From contig JBEIPA010000022.1 in NCBI GenBank assembly GCA_040377305.1, forward strand, positions 1-64,000: a stretch of DNA of 64,000 nucleotides, in the 5' to 3' direction. This document shows, piece after piece, positions 38,501 to 48,614 of this stretch. Made by a program: the position numbers and the translations under genes. Positions within the stretch are counted from its first letter, which is position 1. Each line of letters opens with the position of its first letter. Source of the DNA: Flavobacteriales bacterium (lineage in GTDB: Bacteria; Bacteroidota; Bacteroidia; Palsa-965). The notes below the pieces were generated by a model. It saw only the letters and a program-made list of their open reading frames with translations, was not told the DNA's origin and made no database searches.

Positions 38501-38538
38501 AAAAAGAAACCCCGACAATCCGTAGATGTCGGGGTTCT
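38501..38538 (-). terminator. Intrinsic terminator of 38558-40477
   Basis: AACCCCGACA...TGTCGGGGTT stem with A tract on +. Confidence 0.7.
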
Positions 38539-38557
38539 GTATTGTTAACAGGAACGA

Positions 38558-40477
38558 TTACTGAACTACAACGCGTGTAGTAGCAGTAGAAGTACCAGTT
38601 GATACTGTGATCAGGTAAACACCCGCTTCCAGGTTGTACGTGCTCATTGAAAGGTTGTTAACACCTGCATTGAGGCTGTGCTGCTGTGAAGAAACTGTTT
38701 CTCCAAGAACGTTTGTCATCGCAACAGTTACTTTTTCGTTGTTGTTCAAAGTAACGTTGAGGTTCAACACGTCAGTAGCAGGGTTTGGATAAGCCGCAAC
38801 TGTTCCGAAAGAAGCTACTGCCTCACCGATTCCGATAGCGAGCGTGAACTCAGACTCATCGAAAGTTACGTTATCAAGGTAGTAGTGATCGAACGTAGTA
38901 AGTGTGTTGTGTGAGTTGTCGCGATCTGTAGAGTTAGATGAAGGCACTTTGTAAGTGCTTCCGCTCACAAGCGCAAGGTTTGAGTTGTAGTGCCAGTATG
39001 CATCATCAGAGAATGTAAACTGTTTAGTAGCAGTCTTCGTCTGAGCTGTCCAGTCGATACCAACACCAAAAAGGTTAGGGTATGCGTTTTCTCCACCAGC
39101 GATTGCAGGATCTGTATCAGCCCAGAGGTAGAAAATGTGGTCACGGCTAGGGCTAACAGAAGCCTGAATACGTGCATCAAGGTCATAAGCAGCAGAACCG
39201 TCAGAGAAAGGAGACTGGGTTGTTGTTGCGCTTGTCTTCAAAGAATCAATAAGCGTTCCAGACCATGAGTTAGTTGCTTGTGCAGTTGTGTGTACATCCC
39301 AGATGTAGTGAACGTTGTCGTTACGTGTCCAGGTGTATCCGAGTGAATCATCATCATCAGAAGAACCCCACTCAACTGTGCAGATGATGTGAAGGTTACC
39401 GTTGTTGTCAACTACCATGTCAGAACCATTGCTCATAGAGAACCAAGGCTTAACAGAACCGCCAACAGCAGCAATTGCAATTGGAGCTGAAGCAAATACT
39501 GTAGAGTAATCGTAAGGAGCCCAAACTGAAGACCAGGTTGTACCACCGTCAGTTGTTGAGTAAACGATAGGCTGGAAACCGCGAGTCTCAGGAGTTGTAG
39601 CTGAAGCCTGAACACCGAAGAACACTGCGTAACCAACTTGTCCGTTTGCAGAGAATGCAAGGTGAGTCATTGTATAGCAATCAGTTGCACCTGCACCATC
39701 AAGGTGGAAGCTAGGCTTGATCGAATCCCATGTCCATGAAACACTTGTTCCGTTCCATTTTCCACGGTTAAGAACAGTACCACGGTATGCGCTTCCGCCA
39801 ACATCATCATCAGCAAGAAGTTCGCCTGTTACCCATACTGTAGAATCGCTATAAGAAGCCATATCGATACGTGGGAACGAGTTAACGTTGTTAGAATAAG
39901 TTCCGGTTCCTGTGTTACCAACGTTCGGTGCGAACATTGCGTCATTCAGGAAATAACCATCCCAGGTAGATCCGCTCGTGTAAGGACCACCAACAACCAT
40001 CGCAGCATTAGCAACGTTTGTGTTGCCAGTACCGTTCAGAATTGCACCAGAAGGGTAACGGAAAAGTTCTGCTCCGTTGTTATCCCAGTACATTGAATCC
40101 CACTGCGTGCCATTCCACCAGCTAACTTCAATATATCCGCTGTTTACACCAGCAACTGACCAATCAGCTGACATACGGTGTGTGAAAGCTGCAATTCCCA
40201 ATGCCTGGTTCGCAGTCATACAGTTCGACTGAGAAACAAGAAGCGTAAGCGCATTGTATGAGCTAGAGAACATCTGACCAGAGATCTGTGTAGTTGGACC
40301 TCCACCGTTACGCTGATTAGAAGCTTCTGCGTAGAAGTTTACTTCTTGTTCTGTGTCAATTTGAGATTTGCTCGTAAGCGTCAGGTCGGGCTTCTGCACA
40401 CCATTTGCTTTCGGTGCCTGAGCGACCATAGCAAACGAAGCGGAGACTCCGATCACAAACAGTAATCCTTTTTTCAT
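38558..40477 (-). CDS. T9SS type A cargo, 639 aa, paralog 1
   Basis: Collinear with 36553-38472 over its full length; same CTD. Confidence 0.85.
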   Translation of the reverse strand: MKKGLLFVIGVSASFAMVAQAPKANGVQKPDLTLTSKSQIDTEQEVNFYAEASNQRNGGGPTTQISGQMFSSSYNALTLLVSQSNCMTANQALGIAAFTHRMSADWSVAGVNSGYIEVSWWNGTQWDSMYWDNNGAELFRYPSGAILNGTGNTNVANAAMVVGGPYTSGSTWDGYFLNDAMFAPNVGNTGTGTYSNNVNSFPRIDMASYSDSTVWVTGELLADDDVGGSAYRGTVLNRGKWNGTSVSWTWDSIKPSFHLDGAGATDCYTMTHLAFSANGQVGYAVFFGVQASATTPETRGFQPIVYSTTDGGTTWSSVWAPYDYSTVFASAPIAIAAVGGSVKPWFSMSNGSDMVVDNNGNLHIICTVEWGSSDDDDSLGYTWTRNDNVHYIWDVHTTAQATNSWSGTLIDSLKTSATTTQSPFSDGSAAYDLDARIQASVSPSRDHIFYLWADTDPAIAGGENAYPNLFGVGIDWTAQTKTATKQFTFSDDAYWHYNSNLALVSGSTYKVPSSNSTDRDNSHNTLTTFDHYYLDNVTFDESEFTLAIGIGEAVASFGTVAAYPNPATDVLNLNVTLNNNEKVTVAMTNVLGETVSSQQHSLNAGVNNLSMSTYNLEAGVYLITVSTGTSTATTRVVVQ

Positions 40478-40790
40478 TGTGTGTTGTTTTAACAGGTTAG
40501 GAATTCAATTTTAAGTGTCCAAAGCTAATCATTGTATCCATTCCTACAACCAATCAACCGCTCAAATTACTAACCCTCCTTTCATTGGGAAATTGTCATA
40601 AAACAGTCAGAATATATCATTCAACATGTCCACCAAAACTGTTGAACGAAAACTGACAGTTCTTAGCCGATATCTGGAACACAATTGGTCCGGAATTTAC
40701 ATGACCTACCACCTAAAATCCTGTATTTCAGGCCAAAAAACATCATAAGAAAAACTTCATAATTCTGACAGGGTAAATTGCCTTTTGAGC

Positions 40791-40798
40791 TATCTTTG
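40791..40798 (+). promoter_or_regulatory. -7 promoter element of rpsA
   Basis: TATCTTTG matches TAnnTTTG, ~100 bp upstream of the ATG. Confidence 0.6.
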
Positions 40799-40900
40799 TG
40801 TCCCTTTCAAAAGAAAGAGTCTGGCCGGTTACAGACTTTGTCTAACAATCAGGATAAACCGGGATTCTGAACAGTCTGCTTCGGCGGACCAAAAAAACAA

Positions 40901-42712
40901 ATGGAAGAACACACAACCGCACTTGCGGATTTCGATTGGAATGCAATCGGAAAAAAACAAGATCTCTATTCAAAGGAAGAAGTTGAACAACTCGAGAAGT
41001 TGTACGGCGGAACTTTGAAGTCGATCACAGATCATGAAGTTATTGAAGGAATTGTAGTTGCGCGCAACTCGAAAGAGGTTGTAATCAACATCAATTTCAA
41101 GTCAGATGGTGTAGTTCCTCTGTCAGAATTCCGCTACAATCCTGATCTGAAAATCGGTGATAAAGTGGAAGTTTATGTAGAAAGTCAGGAAGACAAAAAT
41201 GGTCAGCTGATCCTTTCTCATAAAAAGGCACGCGCTATGAAATCATGGGAGCGTGTTAACAATGCTCTCAACGGTGACGAGATTATTAAAGGTTACGTGA
41301 AGTGTCGCACAAAAGGTGGACTTATCGTTGACGTATTTGGAATCGAAGCATTCTTGCCAGGTTCACAGATCGACGTTAAGCCTATCCGCGATTACGATAT
41401 TTATGTAGGGAAAACAATGGAATTCAAAGTTGTGAAAATCAACAACGAATTCAAGAACGTTGTTGTATCTCACAAAGCGCTTATCGAGGAAGAACTCGAA
41501 GCACAGAAGAAGGAAATTATCTCCAAGCTTGAAAAAGGACAAGTCCTCGAAGGAACAGTTAAGAACATTACTTCTTACGGTGTATTCGTTGATCTTGGCG
41601 GTGTTGATGGTCTTATCCACATCACTGACCTTAGCTGGGGACGTATTTCTCACCCGGAGGAAATCGTTAAGCTTGATCAGAAAATCAACGTTGTTATTCT
41701 TGACTTCGATGATCAGAAGAAACGTATTGCTCTCGGCCTGAAACAACTTACATCTCACCCTTGGGAAGGCTTGTCAGCTGACCTGAAGGTTACTGATAAA
41801 GTAAAAGGACGTGTTGTTGTAATTGCAGATTACGGCGCATTCGTAGAAATCCAGCCTGGAGTAGAAGGTCTGATCCACGTTTCAGAAATGTCGTGGTCAC
41901 AGCACTTGCGTTCGGCTCAGGACTTCCTGAAAGTAGGCGACGAGGTTGAAGCAGTTGTATTGACACTTGATCGCGAAGAGCGCAAGATGTCACTCGGCAT
42001 CAAGCAAAACTCTCCTGATCCTTGGCAGGGCATCCTTGAGAAGTATCCGAAAGGATCACGTCACAATGCGAAGGTTCGCAACTTCACCAACTTCGGAATC
42101 TTTGTTGAACTCGAAGAAGGTATCGACGGACTCATTCACATTTCTGATTTGAGCTGGTCGAAGAAAATCAAGCATCCTTCAGAATTCACGAAGATCGGTG
42201 AGAGCATCGACGTAGTGGTTCTTGATGTTGACGTTGAAAACCGTCGCCTCAGCCTCGGTCACAAACAACTTGAAGAAAACCCTTGGGATGTGTTTGAAAC
42301 TGTATTCACAGTAGGATCAGTTCATCAGGGCACAATCACAAGCCTGAACGATAAAGGTGCAGTAGTTCAGCTTCCTTACGGAGTTGAAGCGTTCTGCCCA
42401 ACGAAGCATTTGATGAAAGTTGAAGGCGGCAACGCGAAAGTTGAAGAAGTAATCGACTTCAAAGTGCTTGAGTTCAATAAAGATTCGAAGAAGATCATCG
42501 TATCGCACCGTAATACTGACGAAACTATCGCAATCGCTGATACAGACAGCGGACGTGGTGGTAAGAAAGAAGGCGGAAACAAAGGCGGTGCTTCTGAGGA
42601 AACGAAGAAAGCAGTTAAGAAAGTGAAAGACAGCCAGGAGAAAACAACTCTTGGAGATGTGTCTGCACTTGCTGACCTGAAATCAGCTCTTGAGGACAAA
42701 GAGAAGAAGTAA
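40901..42712 (+). CDS. rpsA: 30S ribosomal protein S1
   Basis: Six S1 domains (AFLPGSQID, DGLIHITDLSW, EGLIHVSEMSW, DGLIHISDLSW), N-terminal DFDW, C-terminal KTTLGD. Confidence 0.98.
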   Translation: MEEHTTALADFDWNAIGKKQDLYSKEEVEQLEKLYGGTLKSITDHEVIEGIVVARNSKEVVININFKSDGVVPLSEFRYNPDLKIGDKVEVYVESQEDKNGQLILSHKKARAMKSWERVNNALNGDEIIKGYVKCRTKGGLIVDVFGIEAFLPGSQIDVKPIRDYDIYVGKTMEFKVVKINNEFKNVVVSHKALIEEELEAQKKEIISKLEKGQVLEGTVKNITSYGVFVDLGGVDGLIHITDLSWGRISHPEEIVKLDQKINVVILDFDDQKKRIALGLKQLTSHPWEGLSADLKVTDKVKGRVVVIADYGAFVEIQPGVEGLIHVSEMSWSQHLRSAQDFLKVGDEVEAVVLTLDREERKMSLGIKQNSPDPWQGILEKYPKGSRHNAKVRNFTNFGIFVELEEGIDGLIHISDLSWSKKIKHPSEFTKIGESIDVVVLDVDVENRRLSLGHKQLEENPWDVFETVFTVGSVHQGTITSLNDKGAVVQLPYGVEAFCPTKHLMKVEGGNAKVEEVIDFKVLEFNKDSKKIIVSHRNTDETIAIADTDSGRGGKKEGGNKGGASEETKKAVKKVKDSQEKTTLGDVSALADLKSALEDKEKK

Positions 42713-42784
42713 TTGAAAGAATAACCGGGGCCGGTGCCTCCTGTTCCCGGTTCGCTAAAAACTACGCCATGGTTTTTAGTTTTG

Positions 42785-42820
42785 AAAATCCCTCCGCAAT
42801 ACCAGCGGGGGGATTTTTTT
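42785..42820 (+). terminator. rpsA terminator
   Basis: AAAATCCCTCCGC...GCGGGGGGATTTTTTT. Confidence 0.8.
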
Positions 42821-42831
42821 GTGCCCTCAGT

Positions 42832-42946
42832 TCAACGGTCCAAGGGTTAAGCCCTTGGAGGGTATGTCCCAAATCAACCCTGCAAGCGTTTAACTCCTGC
42901 AGGGTGTCATCAACTCAACAGTCCAAGGGTTAAGCCCTTGGAGGGT
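42832..42946. repeat. BIME-like A-B-A mosaic of REP hairpins
   Basis: TCAACRGTCCAAGGGTTAAGCCCTTGGAGGGT at 42832 and 42915 flank 42876-42907, the reverse complement of the core of the 43-bp unit at 26462. Confidence 0.88.
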
Positions 42947-43174
42947 TACGCGCGCGCACGTAATAACAACTATTTATTCAACCTCGACAACCGGTATTTA
43001 ATTCAGGGTATCCGGATGCGTTGAAAAAAAAGATGACCTACGGTCATATCGTTAATAGTGACCTAAAATATTTACAAAAGACTTGCAGGTTTGAGAAATA
43101 TTTTAATTTCGTATTAAACAACTATATATTTTGATTAAAGTTTAACTGTATTCACATCTATCAAGGAAAGATTT

Positions 43175-43582
43175 ATGGCTAAGTATTGCATTGATTGCGG
43201 AGAATCGCTCAACGGAAGAGCAGACAAGAAGTTCTGTTCAGACATCTGCAGAAACGCGTTCAACAATAAGTTGAATAGTAACACGAACAATTACGTTCGC
43301 AACATTAACAACGTGCTCAGGAAGAATCGTCGTATTCTCAGTGAGATTTTGCTCGAAGACAAGATCACATTACATGCGGACAAACTTCTTGAAAAGGGCT
43401 TTCATTTCGGGTACTGTACACACATCTACACGACGCGTAAAGGCGATCTGTACAAGTTCATCTACGAGTATGGATACATTCAGCACAAGACAAACTTCGT
43501 AACGGTTGTGATGCGTCGCCCAGCAGGAGACAAAATCAGTGATAAACTGATGATGGATCCGCAGATGAACAATCTCAATTGA
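43175..43582 (+). CDS. Small protein with N-terminal C4 zinc ribbon (DUF2116-like)
   Basis: CIDCGESLNGRADKKFCSDICRNAFNN, then INNVLRKNRRIL and YEYGY. Confidence 0.8.
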   Translation: MAKYCIDCGESLNGRADKKFCSDICRNAFNNKLNSNTNNYVRNINNVLRKNRRILSEILLEDKITLHADKLLEKGFHFGYCTHIYTTRKGDLYKFIYEYGYIQHKTNFVTVVMRRPAGDKISDKLMMDPQMNNLN

Positions 43583-43831
43583 TAATCGGACTATAGAAAG
43601 ATAGAATGGGGGCATAGTCTCCCATTTTGTTTTTCACTCCAACCGATCCTTTCATCATCAACCGGTTTTTTTTGTCAGAGTAATGTAACCAGGTTTTGGT
43701 TGGTAGGAAAACCACCACACTTAATCGACCAATACTGTCAATTAACTCTTCACAGTTGATAATTCCGAACCTTCTTGGTAATATTAACGTAACGCTAGTC
43801 GTTTCTTAGTTGAGGAATTAAGCTGATTGTT

Positions 43832-44806
43832 ATGATGAAGAAAGGAATTGTTGCTCTCGCAACTGTAGTTGGATTTGCCTGCGCCTCGCTGAATGCACAG
43901 GAACCCGTGTTTCACGAATTGTGTCTGCGTCCTTTGCAAGGCGATACCACCATGTGTTATGTGGTGAAGACCAACCAGATTTACGAAGAAGGAATGGACA
44001 CCATGCCCCAGATCATTTTCTGGCGGAAAGTAATGACCATGACTCCGGATTCGGGCGTATTGTCTATGTACGGCAAGCGCACGATTTACGGCACTATGTC
44101 TGTCGCGAACTGGGATAAACTCGGAGAAACGAAGCAAAACGCTTTACGCGATAGTATCCGCAAGGAATACGCTTTGGATTCAACAACCCGCATTCTGTTC
44201 ACCGCAGGCAAGAACGATTTCTATAATGCCAGCGGAGTAATCACCGACATCAACAAGGCTGTACCCATTTTCGTGCAGCAAGGTGTTGACCCGTTTTATG
44301 CCCAGGCAATCCTGTTAATTGAGAGCCCGGGTAAGGTGAGAAAGTCGTATGCCGGTGCCATGGGATCGTTTCAACTAATGCCTTCAGTGGCGCGTAGTAT
44401 GGGGCTGACAGTCAATAAGAAAGTGGATGAACGAAAGGACTTCGATAAGTCGGCATTCGCTGCTTCGAAACTCATACGCACGATCTGTATTCCGCAGCTC
44501 AATGCCATGCTTGCTAAGCGCGGGATTGCCTGCGATTCCACCTCGTTGTGGTACCGCTGCATGGTGTTACATATCTACCACGCCGGTGCCGGAAACGTAG
44601 ACGCAGCATTGAATGTGATCAATCCGACGAGTGGTGGAATGTGGCTTGTTCAGGAATTGTGGACGACCAAAGCCGCTTCTTTCGGGAACGCATCTCAGAA
44701 CTATTCACAGCTTGCACTCGCACAAATGCTGGAAATGGATGCCGTTCTGGGCAAGGAAATAGAAACTCAGGAACCAACCGACGATCCACCAACAGTGGAC
44801 AAGTAA
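43832..44806 (+). CDS. Lytic transglycosylase (SLT domain)
   Basis: Signal peptide; LIES catalytic Glu motif, GAMGSFQLMP, YHAGAGNV. Confidence 0.85.
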   Translation: MMKKGIVALATVVGFACASLNAQEPVFHELCLRPLQGDTTMCYVVKTNQIYEEGMDTMPQIIFWRKVMTMTPDSGVLSMYGKRTIYGTMSVANWDKLGETKQNALRDSIRKEYALDSTTRILFTAGKNDFYNASGVITDINKAVPIFVQQGVDPFYAQAILLIESPGKVRKSYAGAMGSFQLMPSVARSMGLTVNKKVDERKDFDKSAFAASKLIRTICIPQLNAMLAKRGIACDSTSLWYRCMVLHIYHAGAGNVDAALNVINPTSGGMWLVQELWTTKAASFGNASQNYSQLALAQMLEMDAVLGKEIETQEPTDDPPTVDK

Positions 44807-44898
44807 GAAAGTTGATAAATAGCCCTCCCCAAAAGAGGGCTATTCTATTTCATAACGTTCTGTATACCGTATCTTTACGTTATACAAATCTGCCCACC

Positions 44899-47403
44899 AT
44901 GAGTTATCTCTACCAGAAACGCTCATCTCTTTTTCTAACCCTCTTGCTCGCATTGTTCTTTGTTCCGGCGACCTCGCAGATCATGATCAACGAATATTCC
45001 TGCGCGAACATCAGTCAAACTGCCGATAATTACGGACAGTTTAACGATTGGGTCGAGCTCTATAATGCAGGTGGTACCGCAGTCAACATTGGCGGCTACT
45101 ACATGAGCGACAATGTGAACAATCCCGACAAGTGGGCTTTCCCTGCAGGAACTACGATTGCTGCTGGAGGATACATCCGCGTAATTTGCTCCGGACTAAA
45201 CGTAGTGAGTGGAATCTGGTATCATACGGGTTACAAAATGACGCAGTGTAAACCGGAAGAAGTTTGTTTTTCAGATGCAGCCGGAAACATTCTCGATTCC
45301 ATGACACTTCGTCGTAACCAGTCCAATCACTCCTGGGGCAGAACAACTGACGGTGGACCAACGTGGAGCGTATTTATGACTCCTACACTTGGAGCATCAA
45401 ACGCAACGTCGACAGCTTACAGTCCTTACGCAACTACGCCAGCATTTTCTGTGTCACCGGGATTTTATCCGGGATCTCAAAACGTTTCTATTACGTCTCC
45501 CGATCCGAACATCACGATACACTACACCACAAACGGATTCGAACCCACAACAGGCGACCCGGTTTATTCCAGCGCCATTTCAGTTACCACAACGCAGGTA
45601 ATTCGTGCACGCGCATTCAGCAGCACAGCAACCATTCCGGCATCGTTCATTGAAAACAACACGTACTTCATTGGAAATACTCACGTTGTTGCAACGCTTT
45701 CCATTTACGGAGATAATCTCATGACGCTCATGAATGGTTCGTGGAATGCAGAACCAACAACCGGCTTAGAATACTTCGATAAAGGTGGAGTGTTCCGCAC
45801 GGAAGTTACCGGTACAACAAATAAACACGGGAATGACTCCTGGGCGTATGATCAGCGCGGTATTGACTTCGTTTCAGAAGATGAAATGGGATATAACGAC
45901 GCGCTCGATTGGCCATTGTTTCACCGTAAGGATCGTCCGAGCTTCCAGAAGATAATGATCAAAGCAGCGGCGAACGACAATTATCCATTTGAAAACGGAG
46001 CACATATCCGCGATGCGTATGTACACGACATTTCTCAGGAAGCACACCTTGCACTGGATGAACGTTCATTCGAATCGTGCGTGCTTTACGTGAATGGTGC
46101 ATACTGGGGCGTGTATGAAATCCGCGAGAAGGTTGACGATCATGATTTCACGGATTACTATTATGATCAGGATGCGGCTCATTTGCAGTTCCTGAAAACG
46201 TGGGGCGGAACATGGTCGGAGTATGGCGGAACACAAGCACAAACCGACTGGAACGCATTCGTCACGTTTGTTACTACGAACAACATGGCAACTGCGGCCA
46301 ACTGGGCGTATGTCGACAGCGTTTACAACTGGCATAGTCTTGTCGATTATATGATATTGAATTCCATTTGTGTTACATCCGACTGGCTGAACTGGAACAC
46401 GGCCTGGTGGCGCGGCATGGATACGCTCGGCGACAAAAAGAAATGGCGTTACGCGTTGTGGGATAATGATGCAACTTTTGGTCACTACATCAACTACACC
46501 GGAATTCCTGATACGGGTCCGAATGCAGATCCATGTAATCCGGAATCACTTCCGGATCCGGGTGGACAGGGGCACGTTCCGATTGTTAACGCACTGCTCA
46601 ACAATCCGATTTTCGAACAGTACTACATCAATCGTTTCGTCGATCTGATGAATACTTCGTTCAGTTGCGATTCGTTGTTGCAGGATCTCGATACGTGTAT
46701 TGCACACATTGCTCCGGAAATGCCGGCACAAATTGCGAAGTGGGGCGGAACTATGCCAGCCTGGCAAGCGAACGTTACCACGCTGCGTACCTACATTTCT
46801 ACGCGTTGTGTAGCCCTTACACAAGGCATGATCGATTGCTACAACTTAACAGGTCCATATCCGATTGTTGTTGATGTTGTACCTGCAGGAGCCGGAACTG
46901 TTACTCTGAATTCATTGTATCTCGATCAGTTTCCGTGGACAGGAAATTACTTCGGCGGTATTCCGATCATACTTACAACAGAACCAACATCTTCGCAGTA
47001 TACATTTGACCATTGGGAAATTCTGGATGTGCCAACCCCAAGTACTACATCCGATAGTATTCAGGTGAACCTTACACAAGCTCAAACCATCGTCGCACAT
47101 TACACAGAAGGTCCTCCCGTTGTGTTAGGGAATGTATTTATTCCAACGGCATTCTCTCCGAACGGAGATCAGAACAACGATATGTTCTTCCTGCACGGAT
47201 TGGAGCCGCAACAAACATTCACCTTCCGCGTGTTCAACCGTTGGGGACAAGTTGTTTTTGAAACATCAACTATGGCAAACGGATGGGATGGAAGTACAAA
47301 CGGAAAACCGAATCCGAGTGATGTTTACGCTTACACGATTGAAGTGAGTAATCCGGATGGCTCAACGGAGTCAAAGTCCGGAAACATCACATTAATGCGC
47401 TAG
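44899..47403 (+). CDS. Lamin-tail + Fn3-like + CotH kinase protein with T9SS type B CTD
   Basis: IMINEY...DWVELYN (LTD); IHYTTNGFEP; YWGVYEIREKVD and WDNDATFG (CotH); IPTAFSPNGDQNND...VFNRWG...GWDG...GNITLMR (type B CTD). Start ATG 44899. Confidence 0.88.
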   Translation: MSYLYQKRSSLFLTLLLALFFVPATSQIMINEYSCANISQTADNYGQFNDWVELYNAGGTAVNIGGYYMSDNVNNPDKWAFPAGTTIAAGGYIRVICSGLNVVSGIWYHTGYKMTQCKPEEVCFSDAAGNILDSMTLRRNQSNHSWGRTTDGGPTWSVFMTPTLGASNATSTAYSPYATTPAFSVSPGFYPGSQNVSITSPDPNITIHYTTNGFEPTTGDPVYSSAISVTTTQVIRARAFSSTATIPASFIENNTYFIGNTHVVATLSIYGDNLMTLMNGSWNAEPTTGLEYFDKGGVFRTEVTGTTNKHGNDSWAYDQRGIDFVSEDEMGYNDALDWPLFHRKDRPSFQKIMIKAAANDNYPFENGAHIRDAYVHDISQEAHLALDERSFESCVLYVNGAYWGVYEIREKVDDHDFTDYYYDQDAAHLQFLKTWGGTWSEYGGTQAQTDWNAFVTFVTTNNMATAANWAYVDSVYNWHSLVDYMILNSICVTSDWLNWNTAWWRGMDTLGDKKKWRYALWDNDATFGHYINYTGIPDTGPNADPCNPESLPDPGGQGHVPIVNALLNNPIFEQYYINRFVDLMNTSFSCDSLLQDLDTCIAHIAPEMPAQIAKWGGTMPAWQANVTTLRTYISTRCVALTQGMIDCYNLTGPYPIVVDVVPAGAGTVTLNSLYLDQFPWTGNYFGGIPIILTTEPTSSQYTFDHWEILDVPTPSTTSDSIQVNLTQAQTIVAHYTEGPPVVLGNVFIPTAFSPNGDQNNDMFFLHGLEPQQTFTFRVFNRWGQVVFETSTMANGWDGSTNGKPNPSDVYAYTIEVSNPDGSTESKSGNITLMR

Positions 47404-47406
47404 AAC

Positions 47407-48438
47407 ATGAGAAAGGTTGTTGCAGCAGTAATGATTGCCTGTGCGTGTGCCGGATCGGTTCAAGGGCAGGATGTTCATTTTTCTGAATTCAACGAAACGC
47501 CGTTGCATATCAATCCTGCGTACACCGGGTTGTTCGATGGAATTTTCCGTGTGTCGATGCATTACCGCAACCAGTGGACCTCGATGGGAAGTCCGTACAA
47601 AACCACTGCTGGCAGTTTCGATTGTGCGATTGGAAATCCGAACAGAGCCCGTCTGGGAATCGGAATGTTTCTTTACAAGGATCAGGCTGGCGATTCAAAG
47701 CTGGGCACGTTCAACGGATCATTATCGTTAAGCGGTCTGGTGAAAGTGGATGATCTCAATACACTTTCTGCAGGATTCATGTTTGGGTATGCACAACGTT
47801 CGGCGGACGTTTCAACATTGCAGTGGGAGAATCAATACATCAATGGTGCGTACGATCCGAATGCAGGTAGCGGAGAAGGAAATCTTCTTACTTCTTTTCC
47901 TTATGTGGATTTCGCAGGTGGCGTTGCATATCAATACAGAAGTGTAAGCGGAAGTATTGTTGGCAAAGATGTTTTCGAACTCAACGTAGGCTTATCTGCA
48001 TTTCACCTGAACAAGCCCGATCAGAAATTTCACGGCGGAGGCAATGAAGAAAAGGCCATGCGAATTGTTGGTCACACGCACGCGCGAATTGACATGCCCG
48101 GAACGGCGTGGTCTGTTCGTCCTTCTGTTACTTATATCATGCAAGGTCCGGGCAAAGAATTCATGATTGGCGGAGCGTTTCGTTATCGCATCACAAACGG
48201 AACAAAGACAACCAATTTCTCCAGTGAATCCGGAATCGGAGTGGGCGTTCACTACCGCTGGAAAGATGCCATTGTACCGCAGCTTTATTACGATCTGGGC
48301 GACTTCTTTATCGGACTTGCCTACGACGTGAACATTTCAAAGTACTCCGCTATATCAAAATACAAAGGCGGTTATGAAATCACAATACGATACGCTAACC
48401 TTAACGGTGCGTTATATAAGAACAAGAAGAAGTATTAG
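47407..48438 (+). CDS. PorP/SprF-family T9SS outer-membrane barrel
   Basis: QDVHFSEF..TPLHINPAYTG, YRNQW, AFHLNKP, GLAYD, GGYEITIRY; lies directly after a type B CTD gene. Confidence 0.92.
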   Translation: MRKVVAAVMIACACAGSVQGQDVHFSEFNETPLHINPAYTGLFDGIFRVSMHYRNQWTSMGSPYKTTAGSFDCAIGNPNRARLGIGMFLYKDQAGDSKLGTFNGSLSLSGLVKVDDLNTLSAGFMFGYAQRSADVSTLQWENQYINGAYDPNAGSGEGNLLTSFPYVDFAGGVAYQYRSVSGSIVGKDVFELNVGLSAFHLNKPDQKFHGGGNEEKAMRIVGHTHARIDMPGTAWSVRPSVTYIMQGPGKEFMIGGAFRYRITNGTKTTNFSSESGIGVGVHYRWKDAIVPQLYYDLGDFFIGLAYDVNISKYSAISKYKGGYEITIRYANLNGALYKNKKKY

Positions 48439-48488
48439 TAGTTTGCAGCTGAAGCGAACAACGGTATTTCATTGAACACAATTAGGCT

Positions 48489-48611
48489 ATGAATATATTC
48501 AACAAAGAATGGTGGCGCGATTTCTATAAGAAGTACCTCACTCAGTTTCCTGATTTTCTCCAGTACATCATATTAATCATCGGTGGATTAATTATGCTGT
48601 GCTTTCTTTAG
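48489..48611 (+). CDS. Candidate 40-aa membrane microprotein
   Basis: Hand translation MNIFNKEWWRDFYKKYLTQFPDFLQYIILIIGGLIMLCFL*; fills the intergenic gap. Confidence 0.45.
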   Translation: MNIFNKEWWRDFYKKYLTQFPDFLQYIILIIGGLIMLCFL

Positions 48612-48614
48612 GAA

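Noticed and set aside
44548-44898. N-terminal extensions of ORFs 44548-47403, 57386-58783, 19634-20500, 32173-32844 and 12437-13027
   Set aside because: They overlap upstream genes, terminators or repeats; downstream ATGs give proper family N-termini or signal peptides.
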